Positions 29,863 to 41,296 of a stretch of 64,000 nucleotides of DNA are shown one piece after another. The notes below the pieces were generated by a model. That model was given only the letters and a program-made list of their open reading frames with translations. It searched no databases and was not told the DNA's origin. The translations under genes were made by a program, and so were the position numbers. How positions within the stretch are numbered: position 1 is the stretch's first letter; the number at the start of each line of letters is the position of its first letter. The stretch is from assembly GCA_963975465.1 (NCBI GenBank), contig CAXBHB010000011.1, forward strand, positions 28,126 to 92,125, in the 5' to 3' direction. The DNA is from an uncultured Chromatiaceae bacterium. GTDB lineage: Bacteria; Pseudomonadota; Gammaproteobacteria; Enterobacterales; Alteromonadaceae.

Positions 29863-31527
29863 TTAATCATCAGCATTGCCCCAGTTATCACGTAACCCTA
29901 CCGTACGGTTAAATACCAGTTTATTGCTGGCAGAATCCCGATCAGCACAGTAATAACCTTCACGCTCAAACTGATAGGCCTGTTCAACCACTGCGCTGGC
30001 CAATGAAGGCTCGGCAAAACCGTGTTTTACCACTAAAGATTGCGGGTTAATGACGGTTAAAAAATCGTCTTCTGCCGCCGGGTTAGCCACACTGAACAGC
30101 CTGTCATACACCCGGAACTCTGCTGGTAAGGCATTGCCAGCTTCCACCCAGTGAATAACACCGCGCACTTTGCGACCATCAGCCGGGTTTTCACCCAATG
30201 TTTCTGGCAAGTATGAACATTTCAGTTCAATAATATTGTCATCAGCATCTTTGATGACTTCATCGGCATGAATAACATAGGCGTTTCGCAACCGGACATC
30301 ACTGCCGAGCACCAATCGTTTATATTTTTTATTCGCTTCTTCCCGGAAATCAGCTCTGTCGATATAAACAACCTGACCAAATGGCAGCTTGCGGCTGCCC
30401 ATAGTGTCATCTTTCGGGTGATTTGGCGCCACGACCCATTCAATATCGCCAGCCGGGTAGTTCGTAATAGTGACTTTAAGCGGGTCCAGTACCGCCATTG
30501 CTCTTGGTGCAGCAGCATCTAAATCTTCACGGATACAGGCTTCTAACGCACTCATTTCAATCACGTTATCTTGTTTCGTTACGCCAATACGTTTTGCAAA
30601 CTCCCTGACAGCCGCCGGGGTATAACCACGACGACGTAAACCGGCAATAGTTGGCATGCGGGGGTCGTCCCAGCCAGAGACCAACTTCTGCTCTACCAGA
30701 GTTTGCAGTTTGCGCTTGCTCATTACGGCATATTCCAGATTCAAGCGAGAGAACTCAATCTGTTGCGGATGACATGCTATGGTAATGTTATCCAGGATCC
30801 AGTCATATAAACGACGGTTATCCTGAAACTCCAGGGTACAAAGAGAATGGGTAATCCCTTCCAACGCGTCCGAAATACAGTGGGTAAAGTCGTACATCGG
30901 GTAAATGCACCATTTGTCACCGGTTTGATGGTGATGGGCAAACTTTACCCGGTAAATCACCGGATCGCGCATGCACATGAAACTTGAGCTCATATCAATT
31001 TTAGCCCGTAAAGAGCACTCACCCTCTTTAAAGCCGCCGGCACGCATTTTGGCAAACAACGCCAGGTTCTCATCAACATAGGTGTCCCGGGTCGGACTAT
31101 TCTTACCTGGCTGGGTTAGATTACCCCGATACTCACGCATCTGTTCGTTATTAAGAAAACAGACATAAGCCAGGCCCTTGCTGATTAACTCAACCGCGAA
31201 ATCATGCAAAGCATCAAAGTAATCTGAGGAGTAACGAACTTTGCCACTCCAGTCGAAGCCCAACCAGTTCACGTCCTGCTGAATTGAGTTAACAAAGCCT
31301 ATGTTCTCTTTTTCAGGGTTAGTATCGTCAAAACGTAAATTACATTGCCCCTGATAATCTTTTGCAATACCAAAATTTAAGCAAATAGACTTAGCATGGC
31401 CTATGTGTAAGAAGCCATTTGGCTCTGGTGGGAAACGGGTATGTACCGCGCTATGTTTGCCACTGACCAGATCGGCATCAATAATTTGCCGGATAAAATT
31501 GCTGGGGCGATGTTCAACGTCCGCCAT
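29863..31527 (-). CDS. glnS: glutaminyl-tRNA synthetase
   Basis: 554 aa with class I HIGH (FLHIGHAK) and VMSKR (KMSKS-type) motifs. The N-terminal NFIRQIID matches E. coli GlnS. Confidence 0.97.
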   Translation of the reverse strand: MADVEHRPSNFIRQIIDADLVSGKHSAVHTRFPPEPNGFLHIGHAKSICLNFGIAKDYQGQCNLRFDDTNPEKENIGFVNSIQQDVNWLGFDWSGKVRYSSDYFDALHDFAVELISKGLAYVCFLNNEQMREYRGNLTQPGKNSPTRDTYVDENLALFAKMRAGGFKEGECSLRAKIDMSSSFMCMRDPVIYRVKFAHHHQTGDKWCIYPMYDFTHCISDALEGITHSLCTLEFQDNRRLYDWILDNITIACHPQQIEFSRLNLEYAVMSKRKLQTLVEQKLVSGWDDPRMPTIAGLRRRGYTPAAVREFAKRIGVTKQDNVIEMSALEACIREDLDAAAPRAMAVLDPLKVTITNYPAGDIEWVVAPNHPKDDTMGSRKLPFGQVVYIDRADFREEANKKYKRLVLGSDVRLRNAYVIHADEVIKDADDNIIELKCSYLPETLGENPADGRKVRGVIHWVEAGNALPAEFRVYDRLFSVANPAAEDDFLTVINPQSLVVKHGFAEPSLASAVVEQAYQFEREGYYCADRDSASNKLVFNRTVGLRDNWGNADD

Positions 31528-31571
31528 AAAATACTTTTTCCTTTCACCGCTGGTGCTAAATTAAGATGCAG

Positions 31572-31580
31572 CATTATAGC
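31572..31580 (-). promoter_or_regulatory. candidate extended -10 promoter element for glnS
   Basis: The minus strand reads TGCTATAAT (the TGnTATAAT form), roughly 45 nt upstream of the glnS ATG. There is no convincing -35 element. Confidence 0.35.
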
Positions 31581-31611
31581 ACTGTAACAAACGATAACTA
31601 TGCATCACATA

Positions 31612-31637
31612 ACAAAAAAACCCGCTATATAGCGGGT
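31612..31637 (-). terminator. rho-independent terminator of the sdh-suc operon (after sucD)
   Basis: On the minus strand: acccgc-tatata-gcgggt followed by ttttttt. Confidence 0.85.
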
Positions 31638-31665
31638 TCTTTATTTTACACAAGTGGCGTCAAGC

Positions 31666-32538
31666 TTACCAGCCGGTAACCTCTTTCAACGCCTGACCGA
31701 TATCGGCTAAGCTTTTGACGGTTTTCACACCAGCATCTTCAAGTGCAGCAAACTTCTCATCAGCCGTACCTTTACCACCAGAGATGATTGCGCCAGCGTG
31801 GCCCATCCGCTTACCGGCAGGTGCAGTAACACCAGCAATGTAAGAGACCACAGGCTTGGTCACGTGCTCTTTGATATAGGCTGCGGCTTCTTCTTCTGCA
31901 GAGCCACCGATTTCACCTATCATCACGATGGCTTCAGTTTTCGGGTCTTCCTGGAATAACTTCAGGATGTCGATAAAGTTAGAACCTGGAATTGGATCGC
32001 CACCGATACCAACACAAGTCGACTGACCGAAACCGTGATCAGTGGTTTGCTTAACTGCTTCATACGTCAGCGTGCCTGAACGTGAAACGATACCGACGCG
32101 ACCTGGTTTATGAATGTGGCCTGGCATAATACCAATTTTACATTCACCCGGCGTGATAACACCCGGACAGTTAGGACCAATCAGGATTACGCCTAATTCA
32201 TCACATTTTACTTTAGCATCTAACATATCAAGTGTTGGGATGCCTTCAGTAATACAGACGATTAACTGAATGCCGCTGTTCGCCGCCTCCAGAATAGAGT
32301 CTTTACAAAATGCTGCCGGTACATAGATAACAGATGCAGTAGCGCCTGTTGCATCAACCGCTTCCTGTACCGTGTTAAAAACAGGCAAACCTAAATGAGT
32401 CTGACCGCCTTTACCTGGTGTTACGCCACCAACCATCTTGGTACCGTAAGCGATAGCTTGTTCAGAGTGAAAGGTACCCTGCGCACCGGTGAAACCCTGA
32501 CAAATTACTTTGGTATCTTTATTAATTAATACGCTCAT
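31666..32538 (-). CDS. sucD: succinyl-CoA synthetase alpha subunit
   Basis: 290 aa with [18 protein letters not shown] and the phospho-His loop MGHAGAII. Confidence 0.97.
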   Translation of the reverse strand: MSVLINKDTKVICQGFTGAQGTFHSEQAIAYGTKMVGGVTPGKGGQTHLGLPVFNTVQEAVDATGATASVIYVPAAFCKDSILEAANSGIQLIVCITEGIPTLDMLDAKVKCDELGVILIGPNCPGVITPGECKIGIMPGHIHKPGRVGIVSRSGTLTYEAVKQTTDHGFGQSTCVGIGGDPIPGSNFIDILKLFQEDPKTEAIVMIGEIGGSAEEEAAAYIKEHVTKPVVSYIAGVTAPAGKRMGHAGAIISGGKGTADEKFAALEDAGVKTVKSLADIGQALKEVTGW

Positions 32539-32548
32539 TACTTACCCC

Positions 32549-33715
32549 TTATGCCTTAGCCGCTGCAGCAACCACTTGCTTGGCAGCACTGGTCAGGTCT
32601 GTGTCAGCGATGATATTCAGGCCGCTTTCAGACAGCACTTTAGCACCAACTTCTGCATTATTGCCCTGCAGACGCACCACTACCGGTACTTTAACGCCAA
32701 CTTCTTTCACCGCGCCAATAACACCTTCAGCAATCATATCGCAACGCACGATACCGCCAAAAATGTTAATAAATACTGCTTTCACAGCATCATCAGACAG
32801 GATAATTTTAAAGGCTTCAACAACGCGCTCTTTGGTAGCACCACCACCAACGTCCAGGAAATTAGCCGGCTTACCGCCATGCAGCTTAACGATGTCCATA
32901 GTACCCATTGCTAGGCCTGCACCGTTAACCATACAACCAATATCACCACCTAACGCCACGTAGTTCAGTTCCCACGATGCAGCATGCGCTTCACGAGGAT
33001 CTTCCTGTGAAGGGTCTTGCATCGCTTTTAATTCAGGGTGACGGTACAGCGCATTGCCATCAATCACTAACTTGGCATCTAAACAGTGTAAATCACCTGC
33101 TGGGGTAATAACCAGCGGGTTAACTTCAAGCAATGCCAGGTCTTTTTCCTGGAACAGCTTCGCTAAACCCATAAAGATTTTTACGAACTGGTTAACTTGC
33201 TTGCCTTCCAGGCCCAGTTTAAACGCCAGGTCACGGCCCTGGTACGGCTGAGCGCCAACCAACGGGTCGATAGCCGCTTTCAGAATTTTTTCCGGCGTTT
33301 CGTGAGCAACGGTTTCAATTTCCACGCCGCCTTCAGTAGAGGCCATAAACACGATACGACGTGAAGCGCGATCAACCACTGCACCTAAATACAGTTCCTG
33401 GGCGATATCGGTACAAGGCTCTACCAGGATCCGGCTAACCGGCTGACCTTTTTCGTCAGTCTGATAAGTTACCAGGTTCTTACCCAGCCATTTTTCTGCG
33501 AAGGCTTTGATGTCTTCTTTGCTTTTAACCAGCTTCACACCGCCCGCTTTACCGCGACCACCAGCGTGAACCTGAGCTTTGACAACAAACATATCGCCGC
33601 CGATTTTATCTGCAGCTGCTACCGCTTCTTCTACCGTAGCTGCGGCGATGCCTTTAGATACAGGCAAACCATATTGGGCAAACAGTTGCTTACCCTGATA
33701 CTCGTGCAAATTCAT
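32549..33715 (-). CDS. sucC: succinyl-CoA synthetase beta subunit
   Basis: 388 aa. It starts [19 protein letters not shown] and has an ATP-grasp domain. Confidence 0.97.
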   Translation of the reverse strand: MNLHEYQGKQLFAQYGLPVSKGIAAATVEEAVAAADKIGGDMFVVKAQVHAGGRGKAGGVKLVKSKEDIKAFAEKWLGKNLVTYQTDEKGQPVSRILVEPCTDIAQELYLGAVVDRASRRIVFMASTEGGVEIETVAHETPEKILKAAIDPLVGAQPYQGRDLAFKLGLEGKQVNQFVKIFMGLAKLFQEKDLALLEVNPLVITPAGDLHCLDAKLVIDGNALYRHPELKAMQDPSQEDPREAHAASWELNYVALGGDIGCMVNGAGLAMGTMDIVKLHGGKPANFLDVGGGATKERVVEAFKIILSDDAVKAVFINIFGGIVRCDMIAEGVIGAVKEVGVKVPVVVRLQGNNAEVGAKVLSESGLNIIADTDLTSAAKQVVAAAAKA

Positions 33716-33785
33716 GGCTAATTTCCGTTCATTTGAATATGGAAGCTGCCCGTTATGGTGCAGCCTGATGTTTCGATCGGCGCGT

Positions 33786-33791
33786 ATTATA
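33786..33791 (-). promoter_or_regulatory. candidate internal -10 box (TATAAT) upstream of sucC
   Basis: The minus strand reads TTTGTA-16nt-TATAAT, located between the sucB hairpin and the sucC start. By-eye call only. Confidence 0.3.
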
Positions 33792-33810
33792 GTGCCAACC
33801 GGCGAAATAC

Positions 33811-33843
33811 AAAATGCTGTTGTCGCAAAACAACAGCATTTTT
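33811..33843 (-). terminator. stem-loop between sucB and sucC (possible partial terminator/attenuator)
   Basis: A perfect 10-bp stem, aatgctgttg / caacagcatt, with an 8-nt loop. It is flanked by A- and T-runs. Confidence 0.55.
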
Positions 33844-33862
33844 AGCTATTTTTTCTGAATAT

Positions 33863-35089
33863 TTAAATATCCAGCAAAATACGGGTTGGATCTTCCAGCA
33901 ACTCTTTAATGGTAACCAAAAAGCCAACAGACTCTTTACCGTCGATAATACGGTGGTCATAAGACAGCGCCAGATACATCATTGGCAGAATTTCCATCTT
34001 GCCATCCACTACCATTACCCGGTCCTGGATCTTGTGCATACCCAAAATAGCAGACTGTGGCGGATTGATAATTGGCGTAGACATTAACGAGCCAAAAACA
34101 CCACCATTGGTAATAGTAAAGTTACCGCCGGTTAAATCGTCCATGGCTAACTTGCCATCACGACCTTTCAGCGCCAGTTCTTTAATGGCTTTTTCAATTT
34201 CGGCCAAATTCATTTTGTCGCAATCACGTAATACCGGTGTTACCAGACCGCGTGGCGTAGAAACCGCAATACTCACGTCAAAGTAATTGTGATAAACAAT
34301 GTCATCACCATCAATCGCAGCATTAACTTCCGGGAAACGTTTCAGCGCTTCAGTTACCGCTTTCACGTAGAAGGACATAAAACCTAAACGAATGCCATGA
34401 CGTTTTTCAAACACCTCCTGGTACTGCTTACGCAGCTCCATAATCGGCTTCATGTTAACTTCGTTAAACGTGGTTAACATCGCTGTGGAGTTTTTTGCTT
34501 CAAGCAGACGATTGGCAATGGTTTTACGCAAGCGGGTCATTGGTACCCGTTTCTGCGTCCGATCACCGCTTGCTACAGAAGGTGCGGCAGAGCTGGCAGA
34601 GGCGGCTTTGCTGCTACCTGCTGCAACAAACTTCTCTACATCTTCTTTGGTTACACGACCATTTTTGCCAGAACCTTTAATTTTACTGGCATCTAAGCCC
34701 TTTTCTGAAATCATTCTACGCACTGACGGGCTTAATGCGTCGTCATTGCTTTCGTCAGATTTGCTATCAGATTGAGCATCAGATTTTGCATTATCTTTAG
34801 CGGCAGCTTTGTCGTCTTTACTGGCTGAAGCATCGTCTTTCTTCGCCGCAGGCGCACCGCCCTCTTCCATTTTACCGATAACTTCTTCTGCGGTTACTGT
34901 CGCACCAGTATCATGAATAATTTCACCCATAACGCCATCGGCCTGGGCAACGACTTCAAGTACCACTTTGTCGGTTTCAATATCAACTAATACCTGATCG
35001 CGTGTTACGGCTTCGCCAGTTTTAACGTGCCAGGTGGCGATGGTTGCATCAGCAACGGATTCTGGAAGTACGGGTACTTTAATTTCCAC
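33863..35089 (-). CDS. sucB: 2-oxoglutarate dehydrogenase E2 (dihydrolipoyl succinyltransferase)
   Basis: 408 aa. It has a lipoyl domain ([10 protein letters not shown]), an Ala/Ser/Asp-rich linker and the catalytic DHRIIDG motif. The start is GTG with AAGGTG upstream. Confidence 0.96.
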   Translation of the reverse strand: MEIKVPVLPESVADATIATWHVKTGEAVTRDQVLVDIETDKVVLEVVAQADGVMGEIIHDTGATVTAEEVIGKMEEGGAPAAKKDDASASKDDKAAAKDNAKSDAQSDSKSDESNDDALSPSVRRMISEKGLDASKIKGSGKNGRVTKEDVEKFVAAGSSKAASASSAAPSVASGDRTQKRVPMTRLRKTIANRLLEAKNSTAMLTTFNEVNMKPIMELRKQYQEVFEKRHGIRLGFMSFYVKAVTEALKRFPEVNAAIDGDDIVYHNYFDVSIAVSTPRGLVTPVLRDCDKMNLAEIEKAIKELALKGRDGKLAMDDLTGGNFTITNGGVFGSLMSTPIINPPQSAILGMHKIQDRVMVVDGKMEILPMMYLALSYDHRIIDGKESVGFLVTIKELLEDPTRILLDI

Positions 35090-35155
35090 TTTTTCACCTT
35101 TTACCGGTTAGTCATTTTTCGTTCAACCGGCCCGTTGCACGAGCCGGCTAATTCA

Positions 35156-37966
35156 TTATTTTATGGTCAGAGCGTCATTTACCAGGGCTTGCTGTTGCTT
35201 GTTATGCACAGACAGATAGCCTACTGCTGGTGAGGAAGACGCTTCGCGGCCTGCATAGTTCAGATAGCCATCTTTTGGAATGGCTGCCCGGAAATGATGT
35301 TGGCTACAATACCAGGCGCCCTGGTTTTGTGGTTCTTCCTGACACCAGACAAAATCAGTCACGTGTTGATACTGGCTTAGCACTTCCAGCATTTCGTCCC
35401 GTGGGAACGGATACAACTGTTCAACCCGGATAATCGCGACATCAGTCAACTCACGTTTGCGCCGCTCATCCAGCAGTTCGTAATACACTTTACCGCTACA
35501 GAACACGACACGTTTGACTTCAGTTGCTTTAATATCGTCAATTTCACCAATCACATTGTGAAACTTACCAGAGGCCAGTTCTTCCAGGGTGGAGGTTGCC
35601 TGAGGATGACGAAGCAATGACTTCGGTGACATCACAATTAAAGGCCGACGCATTGGCCGTACCATTTGCCGGCGCAACATATTGAATACCTGAGCAGGCG
35701 TAGTCGGAATACAGACCTGCATATTGTGATCAGCACACAACTGCAGAAAGCGCTCTAACCGGGCTGACGAATGCTCAGGCCCCTGGCCTTCATAACCATG
35801 CGGCAGCAGCAAGGTTAGGCCACACAAGCGGCCCCACTTTTGCTCACCAGAACTTAAAAACTGGTCAATAACAACCTGGGCACCGTTGGCAAAATCACCA
35901 AACTGCGCTTCCCAGATTACCAGCGCTCTCGGTTCAGCCGTGGCATAACCATATTCGATTGCCAGCACCGCCTCTTCAGACAATGCAGAGTCGAAAATCT
36001 GAAACGGGCCCTGCTCATCGCTAATTTTACTCAGTGGTGTATATGCGCTGCCATCTTCCTGGTTGTGCAATACAGCATGGCGATGGAAGAAAGTGCCCCG
36101 GCCAGAATCCTGGCCGACAAACCGAATCCGGCTGCCCTCAGCAACCGTAGCTGCATACGCCAGAATTTCTGCCATACCCCAGTCGATTTTCTTCTCACCT
36201 TTCAACATCAGGGCCCGGTCTTCATAAACCCGGTTGACCTGGCGTTGTAATGTCACATTGTCAGGCACATCAATCGCTTTTTCACCTAACGCAACTAACT
36301 TTTCAACAGCCATACTGGCATCGTAAGTTGCATCCCAGTCATGTCCAAGGAATGGCGTCCAGTCAACGGATGGTTCAGTCATAGGTTGCCATTCATCAAC
36401 GACACAATCGCCTTTATCCAGCGCATCACGATAATCGTTAATTAACGCTTTCACGTCATCTTCTGTACAAATGCCTTCAGCAACTAACTTATTCGCGTAA
36501 ATTTCGCGTGGCGTCGGATGCTTTTTAATCTTCTGGTACATGATTGGCTGCGTTGCATTAGGCTCGTCAGACTCATTGTGACCATTGCGGCGATAACAGA
36601 ATAAGTCGATCACGACATCGCGTTTAAACGTATTACGATAATCAACCGCTAACTGTGCCACAAATACCACAGCTTCCGGATCATCGCCGTTAACATGGAA
36701 AATAGGCGCCAGTACCATCTTGGCAATATCGGTGCAGTAAGGTGTGGAACGGGTATCTTCCGGGTTAGAGGTGGTAAAGCCAACCTGGTTATTAATCACC
36801 ACTCGCACGGTACCGCCTACTTTAAAGGCCCGGGTTTGCGAAATATTAAACGTCTCTGCTACCACTCCCTGCCCGGCAAAGGCAGAATCACCGTGAATAG
36901 TAATTGGCAATGCCAGTGAGCCATCTGTACAGCCACGACGGTCTAAGCGTGCGCGAACTGAACCGATTACCACCGGGTTAACAATTTCCAGATGCGACGG
37001 GTTAAAAGCCAGCGCTAAGTGAACATTACCACCCTTGGTCTCAAAGTCAGATGAGAAACCCATGTGATATTTCACATCACCGGCACCCACTACTTCATAT
37101 TTGCCCGCGAACTCATCGAATAACGTTGATGGGTTTTTACCCAACACATTTATTAAGGTGTTCAGACGACCGCGGTGGGCCATACCAATAACCGAATCTT
37201 TTGCACCTTGTTCACCTGCACGGTGAATCATAGCTTTAAGCATCGGGATCATGGCGTCGCCACCTTCCAGGCCAAAACGTTTGGCTCCCGGAAACTTTGA
37301 GCCTAAATATTTTTCCAGGCCATCTGCTGCCACCAGGCCTTTTAAAATACCGAGCCGGGTTTCTTTATCAAATACCGAATTAGCTTGTGTGCCTTCAAGT
37401 CGTTGCTGGATCCAGCGTTTTTCATCCGTCGAGACGATATGCATATACTCAGCACCGATAGAACCACAATAGGTTTTTTCCAGCGCTTTATGCAAATCAC
37501 CCAGTTTCATGGTTTCCTGACCACTGGCGAATGATCCAACATTGAACTCGGTATCGTAATCAGCTTCAGATAAGTCATGAAAAGACAACTCGAGGTCACG
37601 AACTCTTGGCTGCTTCCATAAATTTAACGGGTCAAGGTTGGCATGCTGATGACCACGGAAGCGGTAAGAATTGATAAGTTGCAGCACTTTAACCTGACGG
37701 GTGTCAGTAGCGCTACCACTGTTAACAACCACCACTTCACGGTGTTTGTTACGGGCTAAATCGGCAAACTGCTGACGGACGTCAGCATGTCGAGTTTCAA
37801 GATCGACCCCATCGATTTTTGGCAAACCGGCGAAAAATTCACGCCATTCGTCACCAACACTGGTGGGCTCTGCTAGGTAGGATTCATAGAGTTCATCCAC
37901 ATAGGCCATGTTACCACCGCCAAGATGTGAAGACTCTAACCACGCCTTCATTACACCTTCGTGCAT
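35156..37966 (-). CDS. sucA: 2-oxoglutarate dehydrogenase E1
   Basis: 936 aa, colinear with E. coli SucA from memory (LQLINSYRFRGHQHANLDPL, GDVKYHMGFSSD, LLLPHGYEGQGPEHSSARLERFLQ). Confidence 0.97.
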   Translation of the reverse strand: MHEGVMKAWLESSHLGGGNMAYVDELYESYLAEPTSVGDEWREFFAGLPKIDGVDLETRHADVRQQFADLARNKHREVVVVNSGSATDTRQVKVLQLINSYRFRGHQHANLDPLNLWKQPRVRDLELSFHDLSEADYDTEFNVGSFASGQETMKLGDLHKALEKTYCGSIGAEYMHIVSTDEKRWIQQRLEGTQANSVFDKETRLGILKGLVAADGLEKYLGSKFPGAKRFGLEGGDAMIPMLKAMIHRAGEQGAKDSVIGMAHRGRLNTLINVLGKNPSTLFDEFAGKYEVVGAGDVKYHMGFSSDFETKGGNVHLALAFNPSHLEIVNPVVIGSVRARLDRRGCTDGSLALPITIHGDSAFAGQGVVAETFNISQTRAFKVGGTVRVVINNQVGFTTSNPEDTRSTPYCTDIAKMVLAPIFHVNGDDPEAVVFVAQLAVDYRNTFKRDVVIDLFCYRRNGHNESDEPNATQPIMYQKIKKHPTPREIYANKLVAEGICTEDDVKALINDYRDALDKGDCVVDEWQPMTEPSVDWTPFLGHDWDATYDASMAVEKLVALGEKAIDVPDNVTLQRQVNRVYEDRALMLKGEKKIDWGMAEILAYAATVAEGSRIRFVGQDSGRGTFFHRHAVLHNQEDGSAYTPLSKISDEQGPFQIFDSALSEEAVLAIEYGYATAEPRALVIWEAQFGDFANGAQVVIDQFLSSGEQKWGRLCGLTLLLPHGYEGQGPEHSSARLERFLQLCADHNMQVCIPTTPAQVFNMLRRQMVRPMRRPLIVMSPKSLLRHPQATSTLEELASGKFHNVIGEIDDIKATEVKRVVFCSGKVYYELLDERRKRELTDVAIIRVEQLYPFPRDEMLEVLSQYQHVTDFVWCQEEPQNQGAWYCSQHHFRAAIPKDGYLNYAGREASSSPAVGYLSVHNKQQQALVNDALTIK

Positions 37967-38004
37967 TTAGTTTCCCTTATTTCTGAGCACCTGGAAAAAA
38001 GTAG

Positions 38005-38046
38005 CAAAAAAACCGTCATTCCGCTTGCGAAATGGCCGGTTTTTCA
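38005..38046 (-). terminator. imperfect stem-loop plus T-run after sdhB (possible partial terminator between sdh and suc)
   Basis: On the minus strand: aaccggccatt-tcgcaagcgg-aatgacggtt followed by tttttt. The stem has one bulge. Confidence 0.45.
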
Positions 38047-38070
38047 AATATTAACTAAAATAAGGGCGCA

Positions 38071-38793
38071 TTACAGCGCCCGGTTTAACAACATCGATTT
38101 TATCTGGCCAATGGCTTTAGTTGGGTTTAAGCCCTTCGGACAAACGTTCACGCAGTTCATAATGCCATGACAGCGAAAAACACTAAATGCATCATCTAAA
38201 TCATTTAACCGTTGCTCGGTTGCCGTATCACGGCTGTCTGCCAGGAAACGATAAGCATGTAATAAACCCGCCGGGCCGATAAACTTGTCCGGATTCCACC
38301 AGAACGATGGGCAAGACGTGGAACAACATGCGCATAGAATACATTCATATAAGCCGTCAAGCTTGGCACGCTCTTCCGGGCTTTGCAAATATTCACCGGC
38401 AGGCGGTAACTTGTCATCGTTAATAAGATACGGTTTAACTTTTTCATACTGGGTGTAGAACTGGCTCATATCAACCACCAGATCACGAACTACCGGTAAA
38501 CCCGGCAACGGACGTACCACAATTTTACCGCCCTTACCTTTACCCAGTTCGGATAGCGGTGTGATACATGCCAGACCATTCTTACCATTCATATTTAAAC
38601 CGTCAGACCCACAAACACCTTCCCGGCAACTGCGACGGAAAGACAAGCTTGGATCCTGCTCTTTCAGTTTAATCAGCGCATCAAGCACCATCATGTCACG
38701 GCCTTCAGGATTTTCCAGGGTATAGTCCTGCATCCGTGGCGCAGTATCAACATCAGGGTTGTACCGATAAATTGAAAAGGTCAATGTAGTCAT
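38071..38793 (-). CDS. sdhB: succinate dehydrogenase iron-sulfur subunit
   Basis: 240 aa with three Fe-S cysteine clusters (CREGVCGSDG ; CILCACCSTSCP ; CHGIMNCVNVCP). Confidence 0.97.
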   Translation of the reverse strand: MTTLTFSIYRYNPDVDTAPRMQDYTLENPEGRDMMVLDALIKLKEQDPSLSFRRSCREGVCGSDGLNMNGKNGLACITPLSELGKGKGGKIVVRPLPGLPVVRDLVVDMSQFYTQYEKVKPYLINDDKLPPAGEYLQSPEERAKLDGLYECILCACCSTSCPSFWWNPDKFIGPAGLLHAYRFLADSRDTATEQRLNDLDDAFSVFRCHGIMNCVNVCPKGLNPTKAIGQIKSMLLNRAL

Positions 38794-38807
38794 TTTTACT
38801 GCGCCTC

Positions 38808-40580
38808 TTAATACGTACGTGCTTTTGGCGGAAAGGATTCACGGAACTTCGGTTCCAGATTAACCTTACGCTTGAACATCGATTCAGTGTCCGGGGTGTA
38901 GACACTGTGACACAACCAGTTTTCATCATCACGATCCGGAAAGTCAAACCGGGCATGAGCACCACGACTTTCAGTACGGAAATTAGCGGCAACGGCGGTT
39001 GAATAAGCGGTTTCCATCAGGTTGTCAAGCTCTAAACACTCGATTCGCATCGTGTTGAAATCAGAGCTCTTATCATCCAGGCGGGCAAACTGCAAACGTT
39101 CACGGATTTCTTTCAACTCGGCCAGACCTTCGGCCATAGCGTCACCTTCCCGGAAAACGGAAAAGTTAAGTTGCATACATTTTTGCAGGTCTTTCTTAAT
39201 TTGTACCGGATCTTCACCCTGGCCAACTTTGCTTTGCTCCCAGCGCTGGGTGCGGGCTAATGCTGCGTCCAGATCTGACTGAGATGCCGGACGTGCTTCA
39301 GCAGTAGCCGCCAGAGCCTCACCCAGGTGTAAACCGGTTGCGCGACCAAAAACAACCAAGTCAAGCAACGAGTTCCCGCCCAAACGATTAGCACCGTGTA
39401 CTGAAACACAGGCTATTTCGCCACAGGCAAATAAGCCAGCAACGACTGATTCAGAGCCGTCTGCTTTCGGGCTGATGACCTGGCCGTTAACATTAGTTGG
39501 AATACCACCCATCATGTAGTGACAGGTTGGAATAACCGGAATGGGTTCTTTCACCGGGTCAACATGGGCAAAGGTACGTGATAATTCACAAATACCAGGT
39601 AACCGGCTTTCCAGCACGTCTTCACCCAGATGGTCCAGCTTTAACTTAATATGCACACCCCATGGGCCATCACAACCACGACCTTCGCGAATTTCGGTCA
39701 TCATTGAACGGGCTACCACGTCGCGCCCTGCCAGGTCTTTAGCATTAGGGGCATAACGCTCCATAAAGCGCTCGCCGTCTTTATTCAGCAAATAACCACC
39801 TTCGCCGCGACAGCCTTCAGTTACCAGAGTACCGGCACCAGCGATTCCGGTTGGGTGGAACTGCCACATTTCCATATCCTGCAGCGGAACACCGGCCCGA
39901 AGCGCCATACCAACACCGTCACCGGTATTAATGTGGGCGTTAGTCGTGGACGCATAAATACGACCGGCGCCACCGGTTGCTAACACGGTAGCTTTAGCTT
40001 TAAAGTACACTACTTCACCGGTTTCAATATCAATGGCAGTACAACCAACCACTGCGCCATCCTGATTTTTGACCAGGTCAAGGGCATACCATTCAGAAAA
40101 TACCTGCGTTTTATTTTTAACGTTTTGCTGATAAAGCAAATGCAATAATGCGTGACCAGTACGGTCAGCCGCTGCTGCTGTGCGAGCGGCCTGCTCGCCG
40201 CCGAAGTTTTTAGACTGGCCACCGAAAGGACGCTGGTATACCCGGCCATTTTCAAAACGTGAAAACGGTAAGCCCATATTTTCCAGCTCGGTAATCGCTT
40301 CCGGGCCGGTCTTACACATATACTCGATAGCGTCCTGGTCACCTATGTAGTCAGACCCTTTAACGGTGTCGAACATGTGCCATTCCCAGTTATCTTCATG
40401 GGAATTACCCAACGCAACGGTAATGCCGCCCTGCGCGGATACCGTATGTGAACGGGTAGGAAATACTTTTGATAACAATGCACAGGTTAAACCTGACTGG
40501 GTAATCTGCAGCGCAGCGCGCATACCTGCGCCACCCGCGCCAATTACAATAGCGTCAAACTCTCTTACTGGAATATTCAC
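38808..40580 (-). CDS. sdhA: succinate dehydrogenase flavoprotein subunit
   Basis: 590 aa with FAD-binding [13 protein letters not shown] and the covalent-FAD His context [11 protein letters not shown]. It has a GTG start abutting the sdhD stop codon. Confidence 0.97.
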   Translation of the reverse strand: MNIPVREFDAIVIGAGGAGMRAALQITQSGLTCALLSKVFPTRSHTVSAQGGITVALGNSHEDNWEWHMFDTVKGSDYIGDQDAIEYMCKTGPEAITELENMGLPFSRFENGRVYQRPFGGQSKNFGGEQAARTAAAADRTGHALLHLLYQQNVKNKTQVFSEWYALDLVKNQDGAVVGCTAIDIETGEVVYFKAKATVLATGGAGRIYASTTNAHINTGDGVGMALRAGVPLQDMEMWQFHPTGIAGAGTLVTEGCRGEGGYLLNKDGERFMERYAPNAKDLAGRDVVARSMMTEIREGRGCDGPWGVHIKLKLDHLGEDVLESRLPGICELSRTFAHVDPVKEPIPVIPTCHYMMGGIPTNVNGQVISPKADGSESVVAGLFACGEIACVSVHGANRLGGNSLLDLVVFGRATGLHLGEALAATAEARPASQSDLDAALARTQRWEQSKVGQGEDPVQIKKDLQKCMQLNFSVFREGDAMAEGLAELKEIRERLQFARLDDKSSDFNTMRIECLELDNLMETAYSTAVAANFRTESRGAHARFDFPDRDDENWLCHSVYTPDTESMFKRKVNLEPKFRESFPPKARTY

Positions 40581-40934
40581 TTAAGCACCCCACAACACAA
40601 ATAAGCCGACCGCGACATAACCAAAGGCCAGTGCGTAAAGGAAGAATTGTAAAACTGCACGTAACTGCGCTGATTTCACGTAATCAGTCAGCACCTGCCA
40701 CAATCCTATACGAGTGTGGATTGCAATAGAGATCAGCGCTAACAGGGTAAACACTTTCATCGCCATGTTAGCAAACAACCCCTGCCAAACTTCAAAAGTA
40801 ACTTCGGGAGTAACTAAGAAGAAACCAAGAATAAAAAATGTATACAATGCCAGCACGATGGCTGTGGCACGCAAAGACACGTAATCCTGAATACCATTAC
40901 GTTTTAAACTTGCCTGATTCAGAACCATAACCAT
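40581..40934 (-). CDS. sdhD: succinate dehydrogenase membrane anchor subunit SdhD
   Basis: It aligns with E. coli SdhD (...VRATAIVL..YEVW..FTKVFTLLAL..HA.IG.WQVLTDYVK). The start is set at the ATG overlapping the sdhC stop (MVMVLNQ...); the ORF-track start at 40964 lies inside sdhC. Confidence 0.88.
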   Translation of the reverse strand: MVMVLNQASLKRNGIQDYVSLRATAIVLALYTFFILGFFLVTPEVTFEVWQGLFANMAMKVFTLLALISIAIHTRIGLWQVLTDYVKSAQLRAVLQFFLYALAFGYVAVGLFVLWGA

Positions 40935-41296
40935 ACTCCTGCCAAAACTGATAACACTATCCATAAACCCATAACGACATTTGCACTAAGCGTGCCTGAC
41001 TTAAGCTCTTCCCAATGGCCCATGTCCATCACCAGGTGCCTGATGCCGCCCAGCAGGTGGTAAATCAACACGGTAATTGTGCCCCAGGCAATAAACTTCG
41101 CCAGATGTGATGTCATTAACGATTGCACGTAGTCGAAACCGGCCTGGCTTTGTAACGAGTAAGCCCACGCCCAGATAACGAACACCAGCGCGAAAAATAG
41201 CGCCACACCGGTCACACGATGCAATATCGACGCTTTCGCTGCAGCAGGTAATGAAATTGTAGATAAATCTAGATTTACTGGTCTTTGCTTTTTCAC
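40919..41296 (-). CDS. sdhC: succinate dehydrogenase cytochrome b556 subunit SdhC
   Basis: The start is set at GTG 41294-41296 (M)KKQRPVNLDLSTI..., matching E. coli SdhC ..VKKQRPVNLDLQTI.. and giving 125 aa. The ORF-track N-terminal extension to 41392 has no homology support. Confidence 0.88.
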   Translation of the reverse strand: MKKQRPVNLDLSTISLPAAAKASILHRVTGVALFFALVFVIWAWAYSLQSQAGFDYVQSLMTSHLAKFIAWGTITVLIYHLLGGIRHLVMDMGHWEELKSGTLSANVVMGLWIVLSVLAGVWLWF

